DNA of 63,999 bases, filler included, from Globobulimina sp. (GCA_003354225.1; 12 parts of 12 records of this genome joined end to end with filler, not necessarily neighbours in it), one strand, 5' to 3'. Positions 47,451 to 58,770 are shown, numbered from the whole stretch's first letter. Translations and numbers: made by a program. The notes: generated by a model from the letters alone, not told the origin.

Positions 47451-48057
47451 TTATATGCAATTAATTTGATACCCCCAATCGTGCCTAAAATCATTAAAAC
47501 AATAACTACCAAGTATCATCATCAAAGCCACAGACAATAAAGGCAACACAACAAATGTGACGCAAGCGCAATATGCACATGCATTGGTATCACAAGCACC
47601 AAAAAAATGATATGCACTTGCATTGAAATTACAACAATCATTACATCTCCCACAGTCTGAGCAACATCCACAACACGCCTCTGTCGGTTGGCGATACCCA
47701 AAGTCTTCTGTTTGTATTCTACAATCAGTTGGTATGTTTGTAATGCTATAACTACTTTGCTCCACTCTGCCTATCCGCATAAATAACGTAATTACTCAGA
47801 TTTATTGTATCCGGCATGCATATTTGCTCAAAATTAAATACAGCCACACATTGTTTGCCCATTCTATACATGTAATCATTATCGTCTTTTAAACAATTTC
47901 CACCTAATTTGCCACGGAAACCATCATCAATCGTTGCAATAATGCATGGGGTTTCTACATAAGAACGATACGAGTCAACGCAATGTACAGTGATATGAAA
48001 AACAGTAAAATAACTAATCGATATAATTAACCAAACACACAATGAAAAACGAGCCAC
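47451..48057 (-). CDS. Hypothetical Cys-rich membrane protein; two overlapping frames (intron or frameshift near 47770)
   Basis: Hydrophobic N- and C-terminal segments, Cys-rich CCGCCSDCGRC; no clear ATG. Confidence 0.4.
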
Positions 48058-48099
48058 TTTTTGTTTACTGAATGAAGACTCGCAGTAAGAATCTAGATA

Positions 48100-48199
48100 N
48101 NNNNNNNNNNNNNNNNNNNNNNNNNNNNNNNNNNNNNNNNNNNTTAATTAATTAANNNNNNNNNNNNNNNNNNNNNNNNNNNNNNNNNNNNNNNNNNNN
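48100..48199. other. Artificial contig spacer 9
   Basis: N44-TTAATTAATTAA-N44. Confidence 0.99.
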
Positions 48200-48763
48200 G
48201 GGCCATGTCGTTGCAGTTCGCGCCAGTGTCATGCCCGATAGCTTGATACGGCGCACAGGTATCGGAAGTGACGCCGGCGGTGCGCATATACTCGAAGGCA
48301 TTGCCAAAGTCGCCGCCATGACAGCCATTGTCGACTTTATCACAGGTTAATAATACTTGGGGAGACACGTCCCATTCTGGATACGCATTTTTGTTGTGGA
48401 TCATGATACGGTCACTGAACACCGAGGTGGTCGCCATTGCCCAACAAGAACCGCTGTGGGATGTGTGTAGGTGTTTTGTGTGTATGTGTTGTGTTATTGT
48501 CGGTGTTGAGGAAAAGTGGAGATGTGCTGTATATATATATAAGTGTACCAATAATTTGGTGCATGTTGCTGTCTTGTCCATGTCACATATCGTTGACCGT
48601 TACTCCATCTCCAATCTAACGAGGTTGGTGCTTTTAGACCGGCATATTTAATTTCTGGTCGATCTTGTTCATTTGGAACGAATTCCACGGGATTCTTTTC
48701 TGGAATCAAACATGGTTCAAAACCTAATGTTACACCTAATAATAAAACTAACCAAACAAGCAT
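48200..48763 (-). CDS. CTSZ: Cathepsin Z/X-like C1A cysteine protease, 3' truncated
   Basis: Signal peptide, short Cys-containing propeptide, LDWR; intron 48454-48548 gives RQQHAPNYCGSCWA (mini-loop insertion typical of cathepsin X); SDRI, SPQVLL.C, GCHGGD. Confidence 0.88.
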
Positions 48764-48875
48764 GTTTATCTGGGCAATATTCAAGTTGGTGAGGAGTTTA
48801 GTTGGTAGAGATTGGGGTGTGGTAGTTTAGAGTTTAAAAAAGGTTTCTTTCAAAAACACTATGAATTGAATTGAA

Positions 48876-50424
48876 TTAAAACAGCGTGTTACGATATCGT
48901 TGTCCAGTGAGTAATTGTCCTTTGCGTTCAACAAACTTCGAGATATCATCTGTGTTCAACAATAATTGTCCTGGATTTGATGGATCAATGGAACAATCTA
49001 TCTGATATTTCTTTAATAATCTCTTCATTATAAATTCTCCAATTCCGAGGTGTGATTCTGATTTTATCGAACTTGGCGTAGTTTTTGACCGTTGTCCACA
49101 CATTATCTTCCAATCATATTCCATAAAATTGATTAATTCATCACATTTTCGATCCAAAATATATTTCAAAACAAATGTGATTTGATTATAATTGTATCCA
49201 TGTAAGTCAATCACCCATTGCCCAGTCCCCTGATCGAAAATCCAATATCCTAAATGGCCGCCATTACACATTGTTTCGAAAAACTCCACAATTTTATCCA
49301 TATTACCATAGTTATAATAACACAAATATGCTTCCAATACAATACCAGCAGTACTTCCGTTCCATTTCGTTAAACCATTAGATAATCTTTTACGTGGTAA
49401 GTTTATTACCAATTCAAAAAAATGCTTCTTTCTATCTTTTCTTTCTCTATTTCCAACAATTTCAAATACGCCACATGTTGTGCGGAAATCATTGAACTTG
49501 GCATTTTTTTGAATTTGTACGTATCGATACATTTGTGAATTAACGCAAGAGATAGATCTGGCCTGGATCATAATACTGTGTGTCTTTTGAAAAAAAGCCA
49601 ATAAATAGCATATAACTAACTCTATCCAACTGTTGTCCAGAATTTTGCATGTCACTCTTGATTTGCTTTGCATTCTCAAGTTGATTGTTCTTCAGATAAG
49701 ATTGCATCATAATATTTCTGGATATAACACCAGCGGGACCCAATCGTCGTGACATTTCATCATAAAACTCTCTGGATTTGTCACAGTCGCCATTTTGTCC
49801 GTAGATTCGAATCATTTGACTGTATACAATCTCATTTAATTTTATGTTTTGTTTCAAAATAAGATTCCAAATCATTTGAGCAACTTCAATATTCCCAGTT
49901 TGCACACATGCCCCCAATAATTGTGTTGCTATAATTTCATTTACAATGCCTTTGTAATTATTGATCATTTCTTCAAAAATACTTAAATATCTGTCATCAA
50001 GCAATGATAGGCCATTCACATTGAACGCTTGGAACAATTGGCTAAACATTACTTTATTAGGCATTATATTGCGTGTTTCCGCAAATTTCTTAATTCGTAG
50101 ACAATAATCAATATCACCCAAATATCCAGACTTCTGTATCGCAGCATTGTAAACAGTAATATCAAAATCATTTCTCGAATTCGAAAGCAAAATCTTATGA
50201 ATTCTACGAGTTGAGTTGGATTTAAAAATCCTGCTTCTGTAATTGGCACAGGCTGTAGAACCTTCCAATGGGCTTCGGAAACGACTTTTGAAACATTTAA
50301 TATTATCTTTAACATATTGATTTTGATACTTTGGTGGTTTATTTGTGTGCTGATGATATGATTGATGGAAAAATTGACCAGTGCGACATTTTGAAAGATT
50401 GCTACTGCGAGTGTTTAAAAGCAT
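48876..50424 (-). CDS. PPR protein with C-terminal SMR domain (frame change near 49563-49620)
   Basis: 35-aa PPR repeats (TVYNAAIQK, PNKVMFSQLF, IVYSQMIRIYG, ISRNIMMQSY); SMR motifs IDLHG, IMCGQ, NPGQL. Confidence 0.85.
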
Positions 50425-50484
50425 TGATGAAGTTGTATTAAAATGAAAAAAAACCCTAGTTCCAGTACTAGGCTATTAAAAAGC

Positions 50485-52676
50485 ATGTCGTCTTCCCTGA
50501 AAGAAGCATTATTGACGTTGGCAAATGGAATTCCACTAAACCCACTGCCACCGCCAATAACACATCTTGACCCATCCGTAGCTCACGCACCAAAACGGAA
50601 CCCAGCCTTCCGAAACAAAAATGATTATGTACTCGCAATACGCAATGCATTACGATATTTCCCCTCCAAATATCATTCAATTTTATTACCTGAATTCGAG
50701 TCAGAATTAAATTCATTTGGACATATATATATGTATAGATTCCGGCCCATTCATTACGACATGAAAGGTTATCCCATCTCGCTATATCCCGGCAAACTAA
50801 CCATCGCCAAATGCATCATGATAATGGTAATGAATAATTTAGATTATGATATCGCGCAATTCCCACATGAATTAATCACATATGGCGGGAATGGCTCAGT
50901 ATTATCAAATTGGGCGCAATACCATCTATTAATGAAATATTTATGTCAATTATCAGATGAACAGACCTTAGTAATGATGTCAGGCCATCCATTGGGTATA
51001 TTTCCATCCACTCGCAATGGACCGAGATTGGTGATATCAAATGGTATGACGATACCAAATTATTCCTCAAAATCTGATTATTCGCGAATGTATGGTTTGG
51101 GCGTCTCCATATATGGACAAATGACGGCAGGCAGTTATTGTTATATTGGCCCGCAAGGCATTGTGCATGGCACTACGATAACGGTTTTAAATGCGGGTAG
51201 GAAGTATCTGGGCTTATCGTCATTAAAAAATAGTGGCATTGTATACGTATCCTCCGGTTTAGGTGGAATGAGTGGGGCACAGCCAAAGGCGACATATATT
51301 ATTGGCTGTATTGGTGTTTTTGCAGAAGTGGATATTCGTGCAATTAACAAACGATATAAACAAGGCTGGGTGCAAGAAATAATTGAGGTATTTTGTGTAC
51401 ACTGTTTTCGAGCTAGTCACTTTAACTCGACTTAATAATGGCACTTTAACATGAAAGTTGACTCGATTTAAAGTGATTCGCTTTGATTTATAACTACCAT
51501 ACGCTGTACGTTTAGGATTTAGATGTGTTACTTGCTCGAATTATCGAACTAAAACATAAAAAAGAGTGTAGATCGATAGCATACCATGGGAATATTGTAG
51601 ATTTATGGTGTAAATTGGCAGAATACACGCAACAAAGCGGGCGCTTATTATGTGAATTGGGCAGTGATCAAACCTCATTACACAATCCATTCGCAGGCGG
51701 CTATTATCCAAATCAAATATCATTCACCCAATCACAACAATTAATGACCGCTTCGCCAAACAAATTCAAAGCTTTAGTGCAAGAATCATTAATCAAACAC
51801 GTGTCCGCCGTTAACATATTAACCAAACACGGTATGCGATTCTGGGACTATGGCAATTGTTTTTTATTAGAAGCAGCGCGCGCCGGTGCAAACATAATGG
51901 ATGAAAGCGACAAATATAAATTTAAATATCCCTCCTATGTCGAGGACATTATGGGTGACATTTTCAGTTTGGGATTTGGCCCATTTCGATGGGTTTGCAC
52001 CTCCCGAGACCCAAATGACTTACTTAAAACGGATAAAATTGCAGAAAATGTGCTGTGTCGACTGAGATCTGTGGAGTCTGAGGACAGAGTTTTGGAGCAA
52101 TTGAATGATAATATCTATTGGATACGCAATGCGAATGCGAATAAGTTGGTGGTTGGCACTCAGGCACGGATATTATATGCAAATGCCGACGCACGGATCG
52201 CCATAGCACTTGAGATGAATGATGCCATCGCCAGGGGTGACATTGGAGGCGCCATTGTGTTGTCGCGAGACCACCATGATGTGAGTGGGACAGATTCGCC
52301 ATTCCGAGAGACCTCGAATATTACCGATGGGAGCAAGTATTGCGCGGATATGGCTGTGCATAATTTTGTGGGCGACGCCTTTCGCGGCGCGTCGTGGGTG
52401 GCATTGCATAATGGCGGCGGTGTTGGGTTTGGTGAAGTTGTTAATGGCGGATTTGGTTTGGTTTTGGATGGGAGTAAAGAAGCTGCGATGAATTGTAAGA
52501 ATATGTTGTTTTGGGATGTAAACAATGGCATTGCGAGAAGAGCGTGGTCCGGGAATAGCAATGCAAATTTTCAAATTAAAAGAGCTATGGAACGCAATGA
52601 AAAATTAAGCGTTACGTTACGAAATGATGTTGATAATGAATTGATTGAACAAATCAATATTCCGTCAAAATTATAA
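50485..52676 (+). CDS. UROC1: Urocanate hydratase (eukaryotic long form) with PTS1, 2 exons
   Basis: YGQMTAGSYCYIGPQGIVHGT, GLGGMSGAQ, SDQTSLHNP, FWDYGN, GPFRW, QARI, RDHHDVSGTDSPFRET, HNGGGVG; intron 51388-51515; ends SKL. Alternative ATG at 50443. Confidence 0.96.
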
Positions 52677-53203
52677 TCGTATTGTATATCAATTTTACAT
52701 AATTATATATCCCTCAAATTAATGACTCAAATCACAGTTCTTCGAAATTCAAAATTAATCATACTTCCAATTCCGAAGACTTTTTTTTCACAGAAAAAAG
52801 ATGAACAGTGAATAAATCATGCTTAAATAAATCCTTTCGTCCAGACAGGAATCAAAAGTCCGAACAGTGAATTGCTTTGTTAGTGGATGAAAAACAGCTC
52901 AAATAAATCCTTTCGTCCACACAACATTAGAAAGTCAGAATATTAATTTGCAGCTGATATAACAGCATATTGTATTTTAACTTTTCTGATAACCCCCACC
53001 ACACAACGGTTTGCTATATCTAAAAAACATAAAATTATAGAAAATAAAATTACAAAATAAAATTAATTAAACGGTTAATTGTGGTCAAAATTCAAACAAA
53101 ACAAATATTTTGTTTTCCATTATAATTTGTATACATTAATTGTGAATTGAAGCTCTAATCTATAACATGTGCCATTAACCTTTTGCAGGAATTGGGTCAT
53201 TTG

Positions 53204-53435
53204 TTTCTAGTTTGGGATATTTGGGGATATGATATTTGCCAACGATAAAAACACAAACGAAGATATTTCAAAATGTTGGCAAACATCCTAAAATATCGTC
53301 GTTTGTGTTTTTATCGTTGGCAAATATCCTGGAATATCCTCACAAATATTATATCCCCAAATATCATTATTAAATATCATCCAAACACTGATTATTAAAT
53401 AGATGACTGATATACCCACACTACTGAAACTAGAA
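53204..53435. repeat. Nested inverted-repeat (MITE/foldback-like) element
   Basis: Perfect 30-bp IR at 53231-53260 / 53299-53328, plus outer pairs GATATTTGGGGATAT/ATATCCCCAAATATC and TTCTAGTTT/AAACTAGAA. Confidence 0.75.
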
Positions 53436-53535
53436 NNNNNNNNNNNNNNNNNNNNNNNNNNNNNNNNNNNNNNNNNNNNTTAATTAATTAANNNNNNNNN
53501 NNNNNNNNNNNNNNNNNNNNNNNNNNNNNNNNNNN
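53436..53535. other. Artificial contig spacer 10
   Basis: N44-TTAATTAATTAA-N44. Confidence 0.99.
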
Positions 53536-54185
53536 TTAAGAAACCCTTATTATTTAATTCAAATTATTTTGATAAAGATGAAGAAATTCTTGAAATGTAT
53601 CCTGGATTTAATGAAACACGAATAATAATTTGTAAAATTTAAATAAGATGAAAAACAAAGTGACTTTTGAAAACACCAATTTTTGTATTTTCGTTTCTTG
53701 TTTTTTTGTCTCAAGCAACAATGCGATATTACCCATTAAAATGATATCTATTTCGTCCGGAAAATCGCAGTTTTTGTTTCCAATAAAATATCCGCAATAT
53801 CTCTGCGTACCATCGCTAAATAAAAACGAATTTGCATATTTCATAGCATTTTTGCATGCGACATCACTTAATTTCCACTGTTTGCCTGCATGATGCAGGC
53901 ACTGTTACATCGCGATCAACTAAATAAGATTAGAGTATTTGAGATAATAAAAGAATAAGTTTTGTTATTTATGTACAATATATTTCCAATTCAATGATGC
54001 AATGTGTTCACTTTAACTCTTAATTGCTATTTGCTACTCGGTTCGAACTGATGAGATCGACTCTGTATTCATCGAACAGACAGTACATTTATAGTTCCTT
54101 TATAGTGTTTTTCATAAATTAAATAAAATCCGACAAGTGTCAAATCACCAAATTAATTACATTAATGTTACACAATTGCAAAGTT

Positions 54186-55472
54186 CTAATAACATTCCTT
54201 ATATTCAACATCTTTGCCATAATGTTTCGACATCAATTTCTCCAAATCACATTGCACCGGAATGTCAAAGGGAAAGCACAGATAATCCAACCAATAGATC
54301 TCACAAATATTCTCTACGTCTGCATCACTCAATTTATCCCTATCAATATTATATTTCATTAAACTCACATCCATCTCCATCCTCTCATTCCGACTCCTTT
54401 TCACATTCAACAGCTCCATCAACGCAGAAGCATTCTGCTTTAACTTTCCATCCACAATCAAAGGTTCTACAATCTGCGGGAAATCATTCTCAAAATTTTT
54501 CAAATTCCCTATAAAATTAAATGGAATGTTTGTACTCCAATTACTTCCCATTATAAACTTGGTTGAAGGAATCAAATGGGAATTTATATAATTCACTGCC
54601 AATATCCTCCTCATACCATCACCATTACCATCAAGTCCATGTTTTCTATGTCTTTTCCTCGCAAATAAATTGATGTGTTGTCTTTGTCGTAATTTATATT
54701 GTTGTATTTTCTTTCTTTTTCTCTCCAATTCCGACAAATATTGATCAGACATACTGTCCAATATCGCATCAATCCATGCTCTCATAATCTCAATGCCACT
54801 CATTGCATCATAGTTATTTATCATTGGAATATCACTCGTATCAATCTTGCCACCTTCAAAAGTGCTAAACATTCGAGTATGAGCCTCAAAGAATGCGGAT
54901 AAAAATTTGTCCAATGGATCACGCACAAATGAGAACAACGTTGCGTTTTTGTCCATAAATTCCAGTATTTTATTTTGCGAATATTTCGCATTTTTGTGTG
55001 TTGAATATTTGGCTATCTCATCTCCAGAGAGAATGTAATGGTTATCAATGGCTGTTAATTTGTTTAGATGTCCAGTGTTCATTAACGTATTTAATGAGCT
55101 TTGAATTGTGGTGCCTCCCGCTTTGAAGACGTGCACATAAAATAATTGTTTGCTCACGAAAGCTTCGTAAGTCCAGGGATGTTTGCGGCGTTCTTTTGAA
55201 TGAAAATCACAACGAAAATAATAGGGCGCCCAGTTGTGATCTGAAGGCTTGATATGCAGTAAACTGTGGGTGGAATCATTGCATTTTGGTGGCAGTATTG
55301 TGCGTTGCTTGATTTTGGATATGTAGAGTGTTGAATTGTGAGTGTTGACTGGTGATTGAACAGTTTCTCTTTTTATATAAGAATGTAGATTGAGATATGC
55401 AATTCTAAAGCTGATGTAGAGGATCATGCAGCATATTATATTGAATATAATTATTAGCTTTGAAGGAGCCAT
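54186..55472 (-). CDS. Golgi-type (type II membrane) sulfotransferase, Sulfotransfer_2-like
   Basis: N-terminal TM anchor; 5'-PSB FYVHVFKAGGTTI; 3'-PB FSFVRDPLDKFLSAF; FNFIGNL; IYWLDYLCF. Confidence 0.9.
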   Translation of the reverse strand: MAPSKLIIIFNIICCMILYISFRIAYLNLHSYIKRETVQSPVNTHNSTLYISKIKQRTILPPKCNDSTHSLLHIKPSDHNWAPYYFRCDFHSKERRKHPWTYEAFVSKQLFYVHVFKAGGTTIQSSLNTLMNTGHLNKLTAIDNHYILSGDEIAKYSTHKNAKYSQNKILEFMDKNATLFSFVRDPLDKFLSAFFEAHTRMFSTFEGGKIDTSDIPMINNYDAMSGIEIMRAWIDAILDSMSDQYLSELERKRKKIQQYKLRQRQHINLFARKRHRKHGLDGNGDGMRRILAVNYINSHLIPSTKFIMGSNWSTNIPFNFIGNLKNFENDFPQIVEPLIVDGKLKQNASALMELLNVKRSRNERMEMDVSLMKYNIDRDKLSDADVENICEIYWLDYLCFPFDIPVQCDLEKLMSKHYGKDVEYKECY

Positions 55473-55598
55473 GGCAATAAACTGATCACTTCCAAAACCT
55501 ACCAACACAAAAAGAATGTCGAATTACAAAGCTTTCTTTTTCCATTATTAAACGAACTGATTTTAGACCAAGATAATATTAAAGCAGAACATTGTTGT

Positions 55599-56558
55599 GT
55601 GGCTATTCTCACCACAAAAGCAGTATTACACACATTTGAACTATTGTTGTTCCTGTTCTTTTATTTGGCGCTAACATATTCTGTAACATTCAAAATCGTG
55701 GTATTTGAAGACGAGACACATAAAATCATTGCATCACATAATACATTCGCTCCAACAAATGTTATGGATATATACGAAATAACAGGCGAATCACAAACGT
55801 ATAAAACGTTTTCAATGGTCATTTGTGTCATATTTCTGGGCATAATATCGGTGTTGAATATTGTATCATTATTTGCAATTTGTTGCAATTACATCACATC
55901 ATCGCGCATTCATGGAGCAACTATCATATTTTATTTATTATACAGCATATTAGGATATGTTGCGAAATCTTACTTTATGGCATATTTTTTATTATTCGGT
56001 ATATTATTGACCTGTTTCGCTGATTTTTGTGCTGGGTTTGCGCCTAAATCATGTCGAGTGACACAAGAGGCAATAAAAAAAAAGAAATACCCAATTTTGC
56101 AACGATTTAAAAAAAACCAAGTCAAAAAATATTTATCACGAAATATATTTTACACCCATGATTGGTTCAAGGAAAAAAAATTCAAAAAAACCAAATGGGT
56201 AAAAAACATAAACGACACAATATCAGCCTATCAAGAAGCAGTGAAGGAACATGGGGTTATTACCAATTTACAATTTGTAATCAATGTAAATTTTCGAACA
56301 TTTCTAAGGAAAATCAAAAATCATGATGCCAAATATTTATCATTGCTAATTTTAACAGATGTTGTGGATGAAGCCGAAAAAGAACAGAAATATCGGACAT
56401 GCATAAAATGGCTGAACTTGAAGTTCCAATTTGCGGACAATGTAAAGAGTAATGATTACGATTATGATTACATTGGGGGCGGGGAACTCATCGATTATCA
56501 ACAACAAATATATCCGAAAAACGTGGAAACAGTACAAAACATAGAAATGGCGACGTAG
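55599..56558 (+). CDS. Hypothetical 4-TM membrane protein; start uncertain, acidic tail out of frame
   Basis: About 4 hydrophobic segments; a 14-bp duplication at 56542-56569 shifts the Asp-rich tail that ends at 56704. Confidence 0.55.
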   Translation: MAILTTKAVLHTFELLLFLFFYLALTYSVTFKIVVFEDETHKIIASHNTFAPTNVMDIYEITGESQTYKTFSMVICVIFLGIISVLNIVSLFAICCNYITSSRIHGATIIFYLLYSILGYVAKSYFMAYFLLFGILLTCFADFCAGFAPKSCRVTQEAIKKKKYPILQRFKKNQVKKYLSRNIFYTHDWFKEKKFKKTKWVKNINDTISAYQEAVKEHGVITNLQFVINVNFRTFLRKIKNHDAKYLSLLILTDVVDEAEKEQKYRTCIKWLNLKFQFADNVKSNDYDYDYIGGGELIDYQQQIYPKNVETVQNIEMAT

Positions 56559-56969
56559 AAATGGCGATGTTAACACTTTCAGAAAATGAGTATAAATCTT
56601 GCGGTCAGGTAATTGATGATAACGATAACGATGATGACGATGACTATGATGATGACGATGCTATTGACGAAATGGAAACTTTACTTAGCAATAAAAGTGA
56701 ATAAAACTTGAAACAAATTTTAACTCTTTCTATTAATGTTTATATTGTATCTTTCCTTTTTTTTCAATGTACTATTTTATTATCTAACCCTTTTTTTTTT
56801 CTTTTTTTTTATGTTTTGTTTCAATATCTATTTTTTATTGCTTATTTTTAATTGTTTATCCCTTTCTTTTTCTTTATTGTTTTATTCCATTTATTTTTAT
56901 CATTTATTACATCATTGTCTAAATTAAAAACAACAATTCAGCACAAAACTTTACGGCGAGTCTGAAGCA

Positions 56970-58485
56970 ATGAGTGGTAATAATCAAGACACAGCAAATA
57001 CAGTTGGCATCGAAGCATTGTCTTTTATTCCATATCTCTTTATAATCCCAATAACTATCTACTGTAATGTTCGATTATGGCAACACAAATCAGAAATGTT
57101 TGTGCAGAAACGTTCTGTATTTATTGTGTTTGGCTTAAATGCCTCAATGTTCGCTGTCATTATTTCAGGAATTAACTCTCAACTCGGCATTATATATCAA
57201 ATTGGAATATTTCTCTCCCGAAACACACCAGTCGTAATGTCATGGACTGCTGTCTTATTTTTCCTCACCACACAAAATTGGCTAATATATTGGCGATATA
57301 ATTGGCAATATTATGCACTGCAATTAAAATGGCAGAAATTAATTAATCCGAATATTGCAAATCAGCAAACCTATCAGAATAAATTTATTAAAAATAATCA
57401 TAAATATGGACGCGTATCCTTTACAGCTAAAATATGCGGCGCTTTTTTTGTGTTTATCACATCCAACAATGTATTATTTTACGTGTTGACAGAATTTGGC
57501 TATATTCTCTTGTCGCGTATCATTGGCACAGTTGGCATGTTGGGATTATTAATAATGGTAATCGCATATTTTGTGCTTGTTTGCAAAACCCCTCATTATG
57601 AAGATACTTATTTCATTCATTGGGAATCCAAGATTCAATCAAAAATGTTGTTAATGACTTGTGTTTCAACCTTGATCTTAGTTTGTATCGTTTTGTTGGT
57701 TGAAGTGCATGAAAAATCACAATTAATTTTATCTTCATTTCTTTTCCCAATGACAGCGGTTTCATTTTGTATTATGACCTATATTTCTACGATTGTTATA
57801 ATTGGGAAAAATGCGAAAAATGCGACTGAGGAAGCAATGAATATGGGATTGGTGGGCAGCGACGGAATGAATACTCGAATAAAATTAGAGAGTGTGAGTG
57901 CCAACGTTAATATCAATACATTGATGATATTGGCAGATGAACAGAGTGTAAATTTGTTTATGCTGCATTTATCCAAAGAGTATGTACATATATATTTGTA
58001 CGTATCATTGAAATTGTATACAATATACTATTTATAACAGATATAGTATGGAATTGTTATTATCTGTCATCGAGATCTCACAATTTCAAGATTATTTATT
58101 AAGGAATGATGATGCAAATCAAATTGAAGACTATGTGCGAAATAAAATAAGAATATTAAATTTTGCATCAAATATACCGTTATCGCAAATAATTGAAAAT
58201 GAGGATAATATTCAATTAAAAGCATGTAAGATTTATAAAAAATATATTGAACATGACAGTGAATTTGAATTGAATATATCTTCGAGTTTAAGGGCGAAGA
58301 TTTCAACATTGTTTCAACAATTTTTTGAATCTGAAACAAATATTGATATTAATCGTTTATTGTTAGTATTTGAGGAGTGTAAGGATTGTATGCTGACATT
58401 ATTGTTGTTTTCGTTGGCTAGATTTAAAAATACTGTCCAATTTGATCAAGTGAGACAAATTTTCAATGAGGAACTGCAACCATAG
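56970..58485 (+). CDS. 7TM-RGS protein (GPCR-like 7TM fused to RGS domain), 2 exons
   Basis: About 7 TM segments, then LFMLHLSKEYSMELLL (intron 57980-58040) and KIYKKYI...SEFELNISSSLR RGS motifs. Confidence 0.88.
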
Positions 58486-58521
58486 ACATATAATACTATG
58501 CATGTACATATTTTGATTTGT

Positions 58522-58563
58522 ACATTCTAAATATATACACATACAAATGTACAGTTAACAATA
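58522..58563 (-). repeat. Dispersed repeat copy B (42 bp)
   Basis: Exact reverse complement of 42629-42670. Confidence 0.9.
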
Positions 58564-58770
58564 TAAGCCATTTAGAACAATTTTGTGTATAATTAAATAT
58601 AACAGGAACTGCACTTTTGTTTATGTTTTGTTTTGCATATTTTCCTGTTATATTTTAATTATTTTTTTTCCGTTTTAGATAAAGTTTTGGATGTTTAAAA
58701 GTTTTTAACTCTACATACATCCAACCGACTTAACAGAATATACTACAATGGCAGGTTTAGACGCTCGTCA

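Noticed and set aside
52803-52940. Direct repeats with intervening unique sequence as a possible CRISPR array
   Set aside because: Only two copies, irregular spacing, eukaryotic context and no cas genes.
53883-53901. Perfect palindrome TGCCTGCAT-G-ATGCAGGCA upstream of a short ORF (53608-53844)
   Set aside because: Single short palindrome with no second copy seen; the ORF is unidentifiable.
56736-56927. 63-aa Phe/Leu-rich ORF
   Set aside because: Translation of a T-rich intergenic or UTR tract.
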